Below are positions 43,971 through 55,587 of a stretch of DNA of 64,000 nucleotides, piece by piece. The stretch's first letter is position 1; every line of letters begins with the position of its first letter. The notes under the pieces were generated by a model. The model ran no database searches, was not told where the DNA came from, and saw only the letters and a program-made list of their open reading frames with translations. Made by a program: the position numbers and the translations under genes. This DNA comes from Eledone cirrhosa (Eukaryota). The stretch is from contig OZ024740.1 in assembly GCA_964016885.1 (NCBI GenBank), positions 31,372,001 to 31,436,000 on the forward strand. Reading direction: 5' to 3'.

Positions 43971-46900
43971 ATACTGTCTCCTACCTCTGGTCCACAGACA
44001 TACTGTCTCCTCCCTCTGGTCCACAGACATACTGTCTCCTCCCTCTGGTCCACAGACATACTGTCTCCTTCCCCTGGTCCACAGACATACTGTCTCCATC
44101 CTCTGGTCCACAGACATACTGTCTCCATCCTCTGGTCCACAGACATACTGTCTCCTACCTCTGGTCTACAGACATACTGTCTCCTCCCTCTGGTCCACAG
44201 ACATACTGTCTCCTCCCTCTGGTCCACAGACATACTGTCTCCTTCCTCTGGTCCACAGACATACTGTCTCCTTCTTCTGGTCCACAGACATACTGTCTCC
44301 TCCCTCTGGTCCACAGACATACTGACTCCATCCTCTGGTCCACAGACATACTGTCTCCATCCTCTGGTCCACAGACATACTGTCTCCATCCTCTGGTCCA
44401 TAGACATACTGTCTCCTACCTCTGGTCCACAGACATACTGTCTCCTCCCCCTGGTCCACAGACATACTGTCTCCTACCTCTGGTTCACAGACATACTGTC
44501 TCCATCCTCTGGTCCACAGACATACTGTCTCCTTCCTCTGGTCCACAGACATACTGTCTCCTCCCTCTGGTCCACAGACATACTGTCTCCTTCTTCTGGT
44601 CCACAGACATACTGTCTCCTCCCTCTGGTCCACAGACATACTGACTCCATCCTCTGGTCCACAGACATACTGTCTCCATCCTCTGGTCCACAGACATACT
44701 GTCTCCATCCTCTGGTCCATAGACATACTGTCTCCTACCTCTGGTCCACAGACATACTGTCTCCATCCTCTGGTCCACAGACATACTGTCTCCTTCCTCT
44801 GGTTCACAGACATACTATCTCCATCCTGTGGTCCACAGACATACTGTCTCCTTCCTCTGATCCACAGACATACTGTCTCCTTCCTCTGATCCACAGACAT
44901 ACTGTCTCCTTCCTCTGGTCCACAGACATACCGTCTCCTTCCTCTGGTCCACAGACATACTGTCTCCTTCCCCTGGTCCACAGACATACTGTCTCCTCCC
45001 TCTGGTCCACAGACATACTGTCTCCTCCCTCTGGTCCACAGACATACTCTCTCCATCCTCTGGTCCACAGACATACTGTCTACATCCTCTGGTCCACAGA
45101 CATACTGTCTCCTTCCTCTGGTCCACAGACATACTGTCTCCTCCCTCTGGTCCACAGACATACTGTCTCCTCCCTCAGGTCCACAGATTTACTGTCTCCA
45201 TCCTCTGGTCCACAGACATACTGTCTCCATCCTCTTGTCCACAGACATACTGTCTCCTTTCTCTGGTTCACAGACATACTGTCTCCTCCCTCTGGTCCAC
45301 AGACATACTGTCTCCATCCTCTGGTCCATAGACATACTGTCTCCTACCTCTGGTCCACAGACATACTGTCTCCATCCTCTGGTCCACAGACATACTGTCT
45401 CCTCCCTCTGGTCCACAGACATACTGTCTCCATCCTCTGGTCCACAGACATACTGTCTCCATCCTCTGGTCCACAGACATACTGTCTCCTCCTTCTGGTC
45501 CACAGACATACTGTCTCCCCCCTCTGGTCCACAGACATACTGTCTCCACCCTCTGGTCCACAGACATACTGTCTCCTCCCTCTGGTCCACAGACATACTG
45601 TCTCCTCCCTCTGTTCCACAGACATGCTGTCTCCTCCCTCTGGTCCACAGACATACTGTCTCCTCCCTCTGGTCCACAGACATACTGTCTCCTTCCTCTG
45701 GTCCACAGACATACTGTCTCCTTCCTCTGGTCCACAGACATACTGTCTCCTCCCTCTGGTCCACAGACATACTGTCTCCTTCCTCTGGTCCACAGACATA
45801 CTGTCTCCTCCCTCTGGTCCACAGACATACTGTCTCCATCCTCTGGTCCACAGACATACTGTCTCCATCCTCTGGTCCACAGACATACTGTCTCCTACCT
45901 CTGGTTCACAGACATACTGTCTTCATCCTCTGGTCCACAGACATACTGTCTCCTACCTCTGGTCCACAGACATACTGTCTCCTTCCCCTGGTCCACAGAC
46001 ATACTATCTCCATCTTCTGGTCCACAGACATACTGTCTCCTCCCTCTGGTCCACAGACATACTGTCTCCTACCTCTGGTCCACAGACATACTGTCTCCAT
46101 CCTCTGGTCCACAGACATACTGTCTCCATCCTCTGGTCCACAGACATACTGTCTCCTCCTTCTGGTCCACAGACATACTGTCTCCATCCTCTGGTCCACA
46201 GACATACTGTTTCCTTCCCCTGGTCCACAGACATACTGTCTCCTTCCTCTGGTCCACAGACATACTGTCTCCATCCTCTGGTCCACAGACATACTGTCTC
46301 CATCCTCTGGTCCACAGACATACTGTCTCCTCCCCCTGGTCCACAGACATACTGTCTCCATCCTCTGGTCCACAGACATACTGTCTCCTACCTCTGGTCC
46401 ACAGACATACTGTCTCCTCCCTCTGGTCCACAGACATACTGTCTCCATCCTCTGGTCCACAGACATACTGTCTCCTTCCTCTGGTCCACAGACATACTGT
46501 CTCCATCCTCTGGTCCACAGACATACTGTCTCCTCCCTCTGGTCCACAGACATACTGTCTCCTTCCTCTGGTCCACAGACATACTGTCTCCATCCTCTGG
46601 TTCACAGACATACTGTCTCCATCCTCTGGTCCACAGACATACTGTTTCCTTCCCCTGGTCCACAGACATACTGTCTCCTTCCTCTGGTCCACAGACATAC
46701 TGTCTCCATCCTCTGGTCCACAGACATACTGTCTCCATCCTCTGGTCCACAGACATACTGTCTCCATCCTCTGGTCCACAGACATACTGTCTCCTCCCTC
46801 TGGTCCACAGACATACTGTCTCCATCCTCTGGTCCACAGACATACTGTCTCCTTCATCTGGTCCACAGACATACTGTCTCCTTCCCCTGGTCCACAGACA

Positions 46901-48439
46901 TCCTGTTTCCTCCCTCTGGTCCACAGACATACTGTCTCCATCCTCTGGTCCACAGACATACTGTCTCCTTCCTCTGGTCCACAGACATACTGTCTCCATC
47001 CTCTGGTCCACAGACATACTGTCTCCTCCCTCTGGTCCACAGACATACTGTCTCCTTCCTCTGGTCCACAGACATACTGTCTCCATCCTCTGGTTCACAG
47101 ACATACTGTCTCCATCCTCTGGTCCACAGACATACTGTTTCCTTCCACTGGTCCACAGACATACTGTCTCCTTCCTCTGGTCCACAGACATACTGTCTCC
47201 ATCCTCTGGTCCACAGACATACTGTCTCCATCCTCTGGTCCACAGACATACTGTCTCCATCCTCTGGTCCACAGACATACTGTCTCCATCCTCTGGTCCA
47301 CAGACATACTGTCTCCTCCCTCTGGTCCACAGACATACTGTCTCCATCCTCTGGTCCACAGACATACTGTCTCCTTCATCTGGTCCACAGACATACTGTC
47401 TCCATGCTCTGGTCCACAGACATACTGTCTCCTCCCTCTGATCCACAGACATACTGTCTCCATCCTCTGGTCCACAGACATACTGTCTCCTCCCTCTAGT
47501 CCACAGACATACTGTCTCCTCCCTCTGATCCACAGACATACAGTCTCCATCCTCTGGTCCACCGACATACTGTTTCCTTCCCCTGGTCCACAGACATACT
47601 GTCTCCATCCTCTGGTCCACAGACATACTGTCTCCTTTCTCTGGTCCACAGACATACTGTCTCCTTCCTCTGGTCCACAGACATACTGTCTCCTCCCTCT
47701 GATCCACAGACACACTGTCTCCTCCCTCTGGTCCACAGACATACTGTCTCCTCCCTCTGGTCCACAGACATACTGTCTCCTTCCTCTGGTCCACAGACAT
47801 ACTGTCTCCATCCTCTGGTCCACAGACATACTGTCTCCATCCTCTGGTCCACAGACATACTGTCTCCTTCCTCTGGTCCACAGACATACTGTCTCCTCCC
47901 TCTGGTCCACAGACATACTGTCTCCTTCCTCTGGTCCACAGACATACTGTCTCCTCCCTCTGGTCCACAGACATACTGTCTCCTCCCTCTGGTCCACAGA
48001 CATACTGTCTCCTCCCTCTGGTCCACAGACACACTGTCTCCCCTCTCTGGTCCACAGACATACTGTCTCCTTCCCCTGGTCCACAGACATACTGTCTCCA
48101 TCCTCTGGTCCACAGACATACTGTCTCCATCCTCTGGTCCACATACATACTGTCTCCTTCCTCTGGTCCACAGACATACTGTCTCCATCCTCTGGTCCAC
48201 AGACATACTGTCTCCTCCCTCTGGTCCACAGACATACTGTCTCCATCCTCTGGTCCACAGACATACTGTCTCCATCCTCTGGTCCACAGACATACTGTCT
48301 CCATCCTCTGGTCCACAGACATACTGTCTCCTTCCTCTGGTCCACAGACATACTGTCTCCATCCTCTGGTCCACAGACATACTGTCTCCTCCCTCTGGTC
48401 CACAGACATACTGTCTCCATCCTCTGGTCCACAGACATA

Positions 48440-49870
48440 CTGTCTCCTTCCTCTAGTCCACAGACATACTGTCTCCTTCCCCTGGTCCACAGACATACTG
48501 TCTCCTTCCTCTAGTCCACAGACATACTGTCTCCTCCCTCCGGTCCACAGACATACTGTCTCCTCCCTCTGGTCCACAGACATACTGTCTCCTTCCTCTG
48601 GTCCACAGACATACTGTCTCCTTCCTCTGGTCCACAGACATACTGTCTCCTCCCTCTGGTCCACAGACATACTGTCTCCTTCCTGTAGTCCACAGACATA
48701 CTGTCTCCTACCTCTGGTTCACAGACATACTGTCTCCTTCCTCTAGTCCACAGACATACTGTCTCCTTCCTCTGGTCCACAGACATACTGTCTCCTTCCT
48801 CTGGTCCACAGACATACTGTCTCCTCCCTCTGGTCCACAGACATACTGTCTCCTACCTCTGGTTCACAGACATACTGTCTCCTCCCTCTGGTCCACAGAA
48901 TACTGTCTCCTTCCCCTGGTCCACAGACATACTGTCTCCTTCCCCTGGTCCACAGACACACTGTCTCCTTCCTCTAGTCCACAGACATACTGTCTCCTTC
49001 CCCTGGTCCACAGACATACTGTCTCCTTCCTCTAGTCCACAGACATACTGTCTCCTCCCTCTGGTCCACAGACATACTGTCTCCATCCTCTGGTCCACAG
49101 ACATACTGTCTCCATCCTCTGGTCCACAGACATACTGTCTCCTTCCTCTGGTCCACAGACATACTGTCTCCCCCCTCTGGTCCACAGACATACTGTCTCC
49201 TACCTCTGGTTCACAGACATACTGTCTCCTCCCTCTGGTCCACAGAATACTGTCTCCTTCCCCTGGTCCACAGACATACTGTCTCCTTCCCCTGGTCCAC
49301 AGACACACTGTCTCCTTCCTCTAGTCCACAGACATACTGTCTCCTTCCCCTGGTCCACAGACATACTGTCTCCTTCCTCTAGTCCACAGACATACTGTCT
49401 CCTCCCTCTGGTCCACAGACATACTGTCTCCTCCCTCTGGTCCACAGACATACTGTCTCCTTCCTCTGGTCCACAGACATACTGTCTCCTTCCTCTGGTC
49501 CACAGACATACTGTCTCCTCCCTCTGGTCCACAGACATACTGTCTCCTTCCTGTAGTCCACAGACATACTGTCTCCTACCTCTGGTTCACAGACATACTG
49601 TCTCCTTCCTCTAGTCCACAGACATACTGTCTCCTTCCTCTGGTCCACAGACATACTGTCTCCTTCCTCTGGTCCACAGACATACTGTCTCCTCCCTCTG
49701 GTCCACAGACATACTGTCTCCTACCTCTGGTTCACAGACATACTGTCTCCTCCCTCTGGTCCACAGAATACTGTCTCCTTCCCCTGGTCCACAGACATAC
49801 TGTCTCCTTCCCCTGGTCCACAGACACACTGTCTCCTTCCTCTAGTCCACAGACATACTGTCTCCTTCCT
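48440..49870 (+). repeat. Local 347-bp and 868-bp higher-order repeats in the divergent array edge
   Basis: Landmarks 48853/49200/49721 and 48511/49379. They are marked by the 28-bp CAGAATACT deletion unit and by CTAGTCC variants. Confidence 0.75.
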
Positions 49871-52489
49871 CTGGTCCACAGACATACTGTCTCCTCCCTC
49901 TGGTCCACAGACATACTGTCTCCATCCTCTGGTCCACAGACATACTGTCTCCATCCTCTGGTCCACAGACATACTGTTTCCTTCCCCTGGTCCACAGACA
50001 TTCTGTCTCCATCCTCTGGTCCACAGACATACTGTCTCCTTCCTCTGGTCCACAGACATACTGTCTCCTCCCTCTGGTTCACAGACATACTGTCTCCTTC
50101 CTCTAGTCCACAGACATACTGTCTCCTTCCTCTAGTCCACAGACATACTGTCTCCTACCTCTGGTTCACAGACATACTGTCTCCTTCATCTAGTCCACAG
50201 ACATACTGTCTCCTTCCTCTGGTCCACAGACATACTCTCTCCTCCCTCTGGACCACAGACATACTGTCTCCTTCCTCTAGTCCACAGACATACTGTCTCC
50301 TTCCTCTGGTCCACAGACATACTGTCTCCTTCCTCTTGACCACAGACATTCTGTCTCCTCCCTCTGGACCACAGACATACTGTCTCCTCCCTCTGGACCA
50401 CAGACATACTGTCTCCTTCCTCTAGTCCATAGACACACTGTCTCCATCCTCTGGTCCACAGACATACTGTCTCCTACCTCTGGTCCACAGACATACTGTC
50501 TCCTTCCTCTGGTCCACAGACATACTGTCTCCTCCCTCTGGACCACAGACATACTGTCTCCTCCCTCTGGACCACAGACATACTGTCTCCTTCCTCTAGT
50601 CCATAGACACACTGTCTCCATCCTCTGCTCCACAGACATACTGTCTCCTACCTCTGGTCCACAGACATACTGACTCCTTCCCCTGGTCCACAGACATACT
50701 GTCTCCTCCCTCTGGTCCACAGACATACTGTCTCCTCCATCTGGTCCACAGACATACTGTCTCCTTCCTCTGGTTCACAGACATACTGTCTCCTCCCTCT
50801 GGTCCACAGACATACTGTCTCCTCCCTCTGGTCCACAGACATACTGTCTCCTCCCTCTGGTCCACAGACATACTGTCTCCATCCTCTGGTCCACAGACAT
50901 ACTGTCTCCTTCCTCTGGTCCACAGACATACTGTCTCCTCCCTTTGGTCCACAGACATACTGTCTCCTCCCTCTGGTCCACAGACATACTGTCTCCTCCC
51001 TCTGGTCCACAGACATACTGTCTCCTCCCTCTGGTCCACAGACATACTGTCTCCCCCCTCTGGTCCACAGACATACTGTCTCCTTCCTCTGGCCCACAGA
51101 CATACTGTCTCCTCCCTCTTGTCCACAGACATACTGTCTCCTCCCTCTGGTCCACAGACATACTGTCTCCTCCCTCTGGTCCACAGACATACTGTCTCCA
51201 TCCTCTGGTCCACAGACATACTGTCTCCTTCCTCTGGTCCACAGACATACTGTCTCCTCCCTCTGGTCCACAGACATACTGTCTCCTCCCTCTGGTCCAC
51301 AGACATACTGTCTCCTTCCTCTGTTCCACAGACATGCTGTCTCCTCCCTCTGGTCCACAGACATACTGTCTCCTCCCTCTGGTCCACAGACATACTGTCT
51401 CCATCCTCTGGTCCACAGACATACTGTCTCCTCCCTCTATTCCACAGACATGCTGTCTCCTCCCTCTGGTCCACAGTCATACTGTCTCCATCCTCTCGTC
51501 CACAGACATACTGTCTCCATCCTCTGGTCCACAGACATACTGTCTCCTCCCTCTGGTCCACAGATATACTGTCTCCTTCCTCTGATCCGCAGACATCCCT
51601 TCTAACAACATTCATCCAGACATTGAAGATGAATAAATGATTTTAATTTACTCCCATAGCAGCAGTTTGAGAACAACTTCTTTGAAATTAAATTACAATT
51701 AAAGTATTGTTCTAGATACTTCTTGTAACTCATTGGTTTCTTGAATTAAGCCCTCTTTATCTCTGAATTCCTTTATTAGTGATTACTAAGGGATGGACTT
51801 CAAATTTCATGTGTTAATAATATCTTATACAGTTTTGTGTTTACTCAACATGTCTAGGTATAGGTATCACTAGGGATGTGTTATAATGTGTAGAATCAAA
51901 TGGGTAGTGCATCAAAGAAGTTTTAATGTCACTGTTTTGATAAATATATATATTATATTTTCTTCCACAGACCAGAACTCATAAAAGCTGAAACTATTAT
52001 GAGAAGGACTATACAATTTTTTGCAAGTATTGCTTTGAACAAAGCTTCAAATGCTTGCATGATGTAAGTACAGTAGAAATTTACTTTCAATGATATTTCC
52101 TTAAATTTGAAGACCATGTGGGCACAGCCAGCATCAAATGGAGGGGGGGGGGGAGTGCATCCCAAACCTAAGATTTTCTAATAGCATTGATGGATTGACA
52201 GGAAAGAGAATGAATTGATCGATTTAGTTACCACCTTGATAGATCCTCCTCCATGTTTCGAATAGAAATCAGTACTAAATAAATAACAATAGAACTCATG
52301 ATAAATGCCAATGGTGTTATTATAACAGACAAGGGTTTGGGAGGACCCTTCAGTTTGTGTCAAAAGACACATCAACTCTTGTGCATTTGATGGAACGTAT
52401 GATCGTATGTAAGTGAGATGCAGACCCCTCAGCCTATCTAGGAGGTCAGTAGCCATACTTCAGTACTGACTTGGTCTATGTAGACCCAT

Positions 52490-52540
52490 TCAATCCTTGC
52501 TAACAAGGAAAGTGGATATTAAATGATAATGATGATGATG
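52490..52540 (+). repeat. RTE/SINE-type 3' tail ending in (GAT)n
   Basis: CCTTGCTAACAAGGAAAGTGGATATTAAATGATAATGATGATGATG resembles the reverse complement of the tails at 55790, 58908 and 59208. Confidence 0.6.
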
Positions 52541-52559
52541 ACATCTCTGTCCAAGGGCA

Positions 52560-53060
52560 GAAACTAGAGATAGTTTCATAGTTTAGATATAAGCAGAAAT
52601 CTTAGACAATGGTTACACTAACCAAATACAAATCAATATATAGAGATAGAAACATCATGAAGGGCATGATCAGATTCCTATGTGCAATGGTCCTCTTCAT
52701 CTTCCTGTATGCATGTAAGACATGGACCATAACTGCAGAGATACAGAGAAAGATACAGGTAATGAGACTCTACTGCAATATCTTAGACATCTTATTTTTG
52801 GACCACATCATAATTGAGTAGGTCTGTGAAACCATCCAGCATCACATTAGCTTTGCCTCTATGAGGATCTTACAATAATGGCAAAAAAAAGAAAGCTTAG
52901 ATGGTATGGCTGTGTAACAAAATCCAGTGTCCTTGCAAAGATCATATTTCAAAGAACTATAAAAGGAGGAGAGGAGAAAAGATGACTGAACAACATTAAG
53001 GTATAGATGAGGAAATCATTAGCAAAGACCTTGCATTTGGCTGCAAATGATGGTAAAGAC
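52560..53060 (+). mobile_element. Degenerate RTE-clade (BovB-like) non-LTR retrotransposon, 3' part of ORF
   Basis: Translations IFLYACKTWTITAEIQRKIQ...DHII and KKRKLRWYGCVTKSSVLAKIIFQRTIKG match the RTE post-RT consensus (FLYACETWT...RKLRWYGHV..LAKTILQG). Stops and frameshifts are present. Confidence 0.8.
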
Positions 53061-53233
53061 TAGTGCTCAACATGCCACAATGGTGTCCCTGAGCCACCAT
53101 CAGGGGTTGAGGGCTTAAGCGGAGAAGTTTGTTTTCATCGGTTTGACTGATTATCACAAAAGAATGATACTTGGCTTATTTTCTTATCTACATTTCATTT
53201 TCTTTTTTCTTCTTCATTTCCTGTTTGCTTTAA

Positions 53234-53464
53234 CCCTTTAGCATGTAAACCAGCCAAATCCGACCAGAATTCTCTCACCTCTTTCTGTTCAAACCGGCTG
53301 TAACCGGCCATGACTGACCGCTCATATTGATGTTAAGGTATTGTTCTCAAAATAAATAATATCAAAATCTCAAAGATTCGATATTATGTGAGATAATTAT
53401 GTAAGGTAAAGCCTTTACTGTGAAAACATAATAGTAAATATAGAGTAATATAAATGCTAAAGGG
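53234..53464. mobile_element. piggyBac-like MITE (231 bp)
   Basis: Perfect 11-bp TIR CCCTTTAGCAT...ATGCTAAAGGG, flanked on both sides by TTAA (53230-53233 and 53465-53468). No coding capacity. Confidence 0.85.
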
Positions 53465-53659
53465 TTAATAGCATGTTTTGTTTTTATTAGATACTGCTCA
53501 ATTATGTTTATGTAATGTCAATGGCCTTTCATGACATTGTGAGATTTTATATATTGAATAAATTATAGTAATATTGTTGTGGGTAAAAAAAAAAAGAAAT
53601 AAAATAATTTTCTTATTATTAAGTTTAGTGCTTAGAACATAACAAAGGTTCGTACATAA

Positions 53660-53810
53660 AATTATGATGGACATTTTTTAGATGTGCTGGTACCACGAAA
53701 AATCCTACCAAGTCCATCCTGTGGTGATACCATGAGGAAACAAACCAAGTAAATGTCATGAAGTATTTGGCATTAGGAAGGGCATCCACCCATGCCAAAA
53801 TGGAACAAAC
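53660..53810 (+). mobile_element. SINE-like fragment (same family as 59208-59950)
   Basis: TTGGCATTAGGAAGGGCATCCA matches the reverse complement of 59346-59367 at 18/22. It is preceded by degenerate copies of the 48-bp unit. Confidence 0.55.
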
Positions 53811-53959
53811 AAGCAAGATATAATCATCTGACCTGTCTGTCGAGTCACAGAACATAACAACCCATCTAACCCATTCAGGTTTGGAAAATAGGCAGAAGAC
53901 AGTGCTGGGAGTGGTGACAACAGTAACGGTGGCAACAGTGAGCTTTGTATCAAGCAATC

Positions 53960-54050
53960 AAAAGTATTTAAATGGTAGTGCCCCAGCATGGCCTCAGCCT
54001 GTCAGCTGGAACACATAATAGAGTAATAGAGTAATAGAAAATAAAAAACA
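53960..54050 (+). mobile_element. SINE 3'-end remnant
   Basis: GGTAGTGCCCCAGCATGGCC...CTGGAACA followed by an A-rich (GAGTAATA)n tail. Resembles an octopus SINE 3' end from memory; not verified. Confidence 0.45.
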
Positions 54051-54166
54051 AGGCCAATGGTAGTAATGATGATGGCAATGACAGCGATGATGATAGTGAT
54101 GATGATGCTGATATTACTGTTTTAATTTCTAATTTCTAATCTAAATTTTTCTCCTTTTTACTGCAG

Positions 54167-54342
54167 AAGTGGGCAACAGTCCAGCCCCACAACTGAAACT
54201 GAAGATATGAGGGTCAGTAATAAAAAGTATCTTAAACAAGAAGACAATAAAGAAGATGAAGGAGAAGGAGGAGATGGAGAACGCAGAGCTGAAGGAGGAA
54301 AAGTGGAAGAAGAAGAAGAAGAAGCAGAAGAAGAAGAAGAAG

Positions 54343-54373
<31 letters not shown>

Positions 54374-54686
54374 GGAGGGGCAAGGACAAACAGGAAAAGA
54401 GGCTGAACAAGAAGAAGGACAAGGAGAAGGAAAAGAGGCTGAACAAGAAGAAGGAGAAGGAAAAGAAGAAGGGCAAAAAAGAGAAGAAAAAGAAGAAAAA
54501 TCTGTAAATTCAGTCATGATTCACTCAAAGGATTCCCTCCATGAATACCTTGTTTCATTGAAATGTGAAGAGTTGGCTGTTCAGTATCCTGCTTGGGCTG
54601 TTGATGACCATCTCAGACAAATTGAGTCAGTGAATAATACAGCTAAATTAGTTTTGCTTAAAGTACAGAATCAACAAGGGGGCTAA
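54167..54686 (+). CDS. Probable coding exon of a Glu/Gly-rich acidic low-complexity protein (gene otherwise outside the window or unidentified)
   Basis: Strong acceptor: CTAAT repeats, then TTTTTCTCCTTTTTACTGCAG with AG at 54165-54166. A phase-2 open frame follows: SGQQSSPTTETEDMRVSNKK..., poly-E, a duplicated GKEAEQEEG motif, then an ordinary-composition tail (SLHEYLVSLKCEELAVQYPAW...) to TAA at 54684-54686. Confidence 0.6.
54306..54371 (+). repeat. (GAA)n trinucleotide repeat encoding poly-Glu
   Basis: About 21 GAA triplets interrupted by one GCA. Confidence 0.95.
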
Positions 54687-55159
54687 AATGAGTTGATTTC
54701 ACTTAAATTACAGGTGACAACATAGTATGATCACTTTATGTTGGTAATTATAGTATATCTCCTTCTTAAAACATTGAATAGTTAGTGAAATATCAAATGA
54801 ATTTGTGTTTTATCCAACTAATAATTTTAGAATGTATCCATTGTAATGTCTCTAAAGGATTTATTTTAAAAAATGAATCAATATTAAGTTTTGAAAGCTG
54901 TATCAATCTATTTTTTATAAATCAATTATTTTCGATATTTTTGGTCAACAGACTCTTTACACGAAATAAAAGAAAAATAAATTATGTGAGGTTAAAATAA
55001 AATCATTCAGAACACACAAAACCATGCTACTATATAAATATTGAATCAAGCCATTCACAACTAGCTATATGTCTGCAGGTTAGGATGTCTTCTTGAAGTA
55101 AGATCCCCTAGCATGTTTCACAAGCCCATCAATATTGACAAATATTTTACCAAAAGATC

Positions 55160-55410
55160 ATAAATCTATTTGATACAAATCCATCTGAAACAGTCCCCTA
55201 TTTTATGAACAACTGTTTGTTTGAAGTTCAAGTTTAAATTTTATAATGTTTTGTAAGAAACTTTGCTTGAGTTTTATTTTAAACATCAACTCAATAACAA
55301 GAAACTTAATTATATTATTAAATCCCTCTGAATTTTTTATTATTTTAAAAATTAATTGAAAATCACAGGCAGTATATTTCATTAGAAATATGGTAATGAA
55401 AGAATTACAT
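55160..55410. mobile_element. Possible old, degenerate piggyBac-type MITE
   Basis: AT-rich segment ending AGAAATATGGTAATGAAAGAATTAC, reminiscent of ...AAAGGGTTAA termini. TIRs are poorly preserved. Confidence 0.3.
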
Positions 55411-55529
55411 CGTAAATAAATAAATGTAATTTATAATTATCTAGTGTTCAGATTTTCATGTATATTTTAAACAAAAGACCATTTTGAAAGAAAGTTTGTC
55501 ATCAATACCACAAATAATAGCTTGGAAGT

Positions 55530-55531
<2 letters not shown>

Positions 55532-55574
<43 letters not shown>

Positions 55575-55587
55575 TATATAGAGAGAG
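55532..55587. repeat. (GA)n/(TA)n microsatellite
   Basis: Directly visible. Confidence 0.95.

Larger units (their letters stand above)
1..51596 (+). repeat. 29-bp tandem satellite/minisatellite array, about 1,780 copies, truncated by the left window edge
   Basis: The unit GTCTCCNNCCTCTGGTCCACAGACATACT repeats head-to-tail in one orientation with no foreign insertion. The consensus is about 52% GC, about 69% pyrimidine on + and has no CpG. The last recognisable unit ends ...TCTGATCCGCAGACAT at 51596. Confidence 0.99.

Noticed and set aside
404-51585. C..HPLVHRHT resemblance to C2H2 zinc-finger arrays
   Set aside because: There is only one Cys per repeat and no CxxC or TGEKP linker. The true DNA period is 29 nt, not 84 nt.
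1-51596. CRISPR array (29-bp partly palindromic repeat)
   Set aside because: There are no unique spacers, only 2-4 variable bases per unit. There are no cas genes and the context is eukaryotic.
284-51640. Hundreds of long ORFs, up to 1731 aa, on both strands
   Set aside because: The 29-bp consensus has no stop in any frame, so all three frames give the same 29-aa repeat. Stop-creating variants and 1-bp indels occur freely and the period is not a multiple of 3.
54141-54517. Poly-Phe, poly-Ser and poly-Lys ORFs
   Set aside because: These are alternative frames or the antisense of the (GAA)n tract. The Glu frame has the acceptor and the longest complex sequence.
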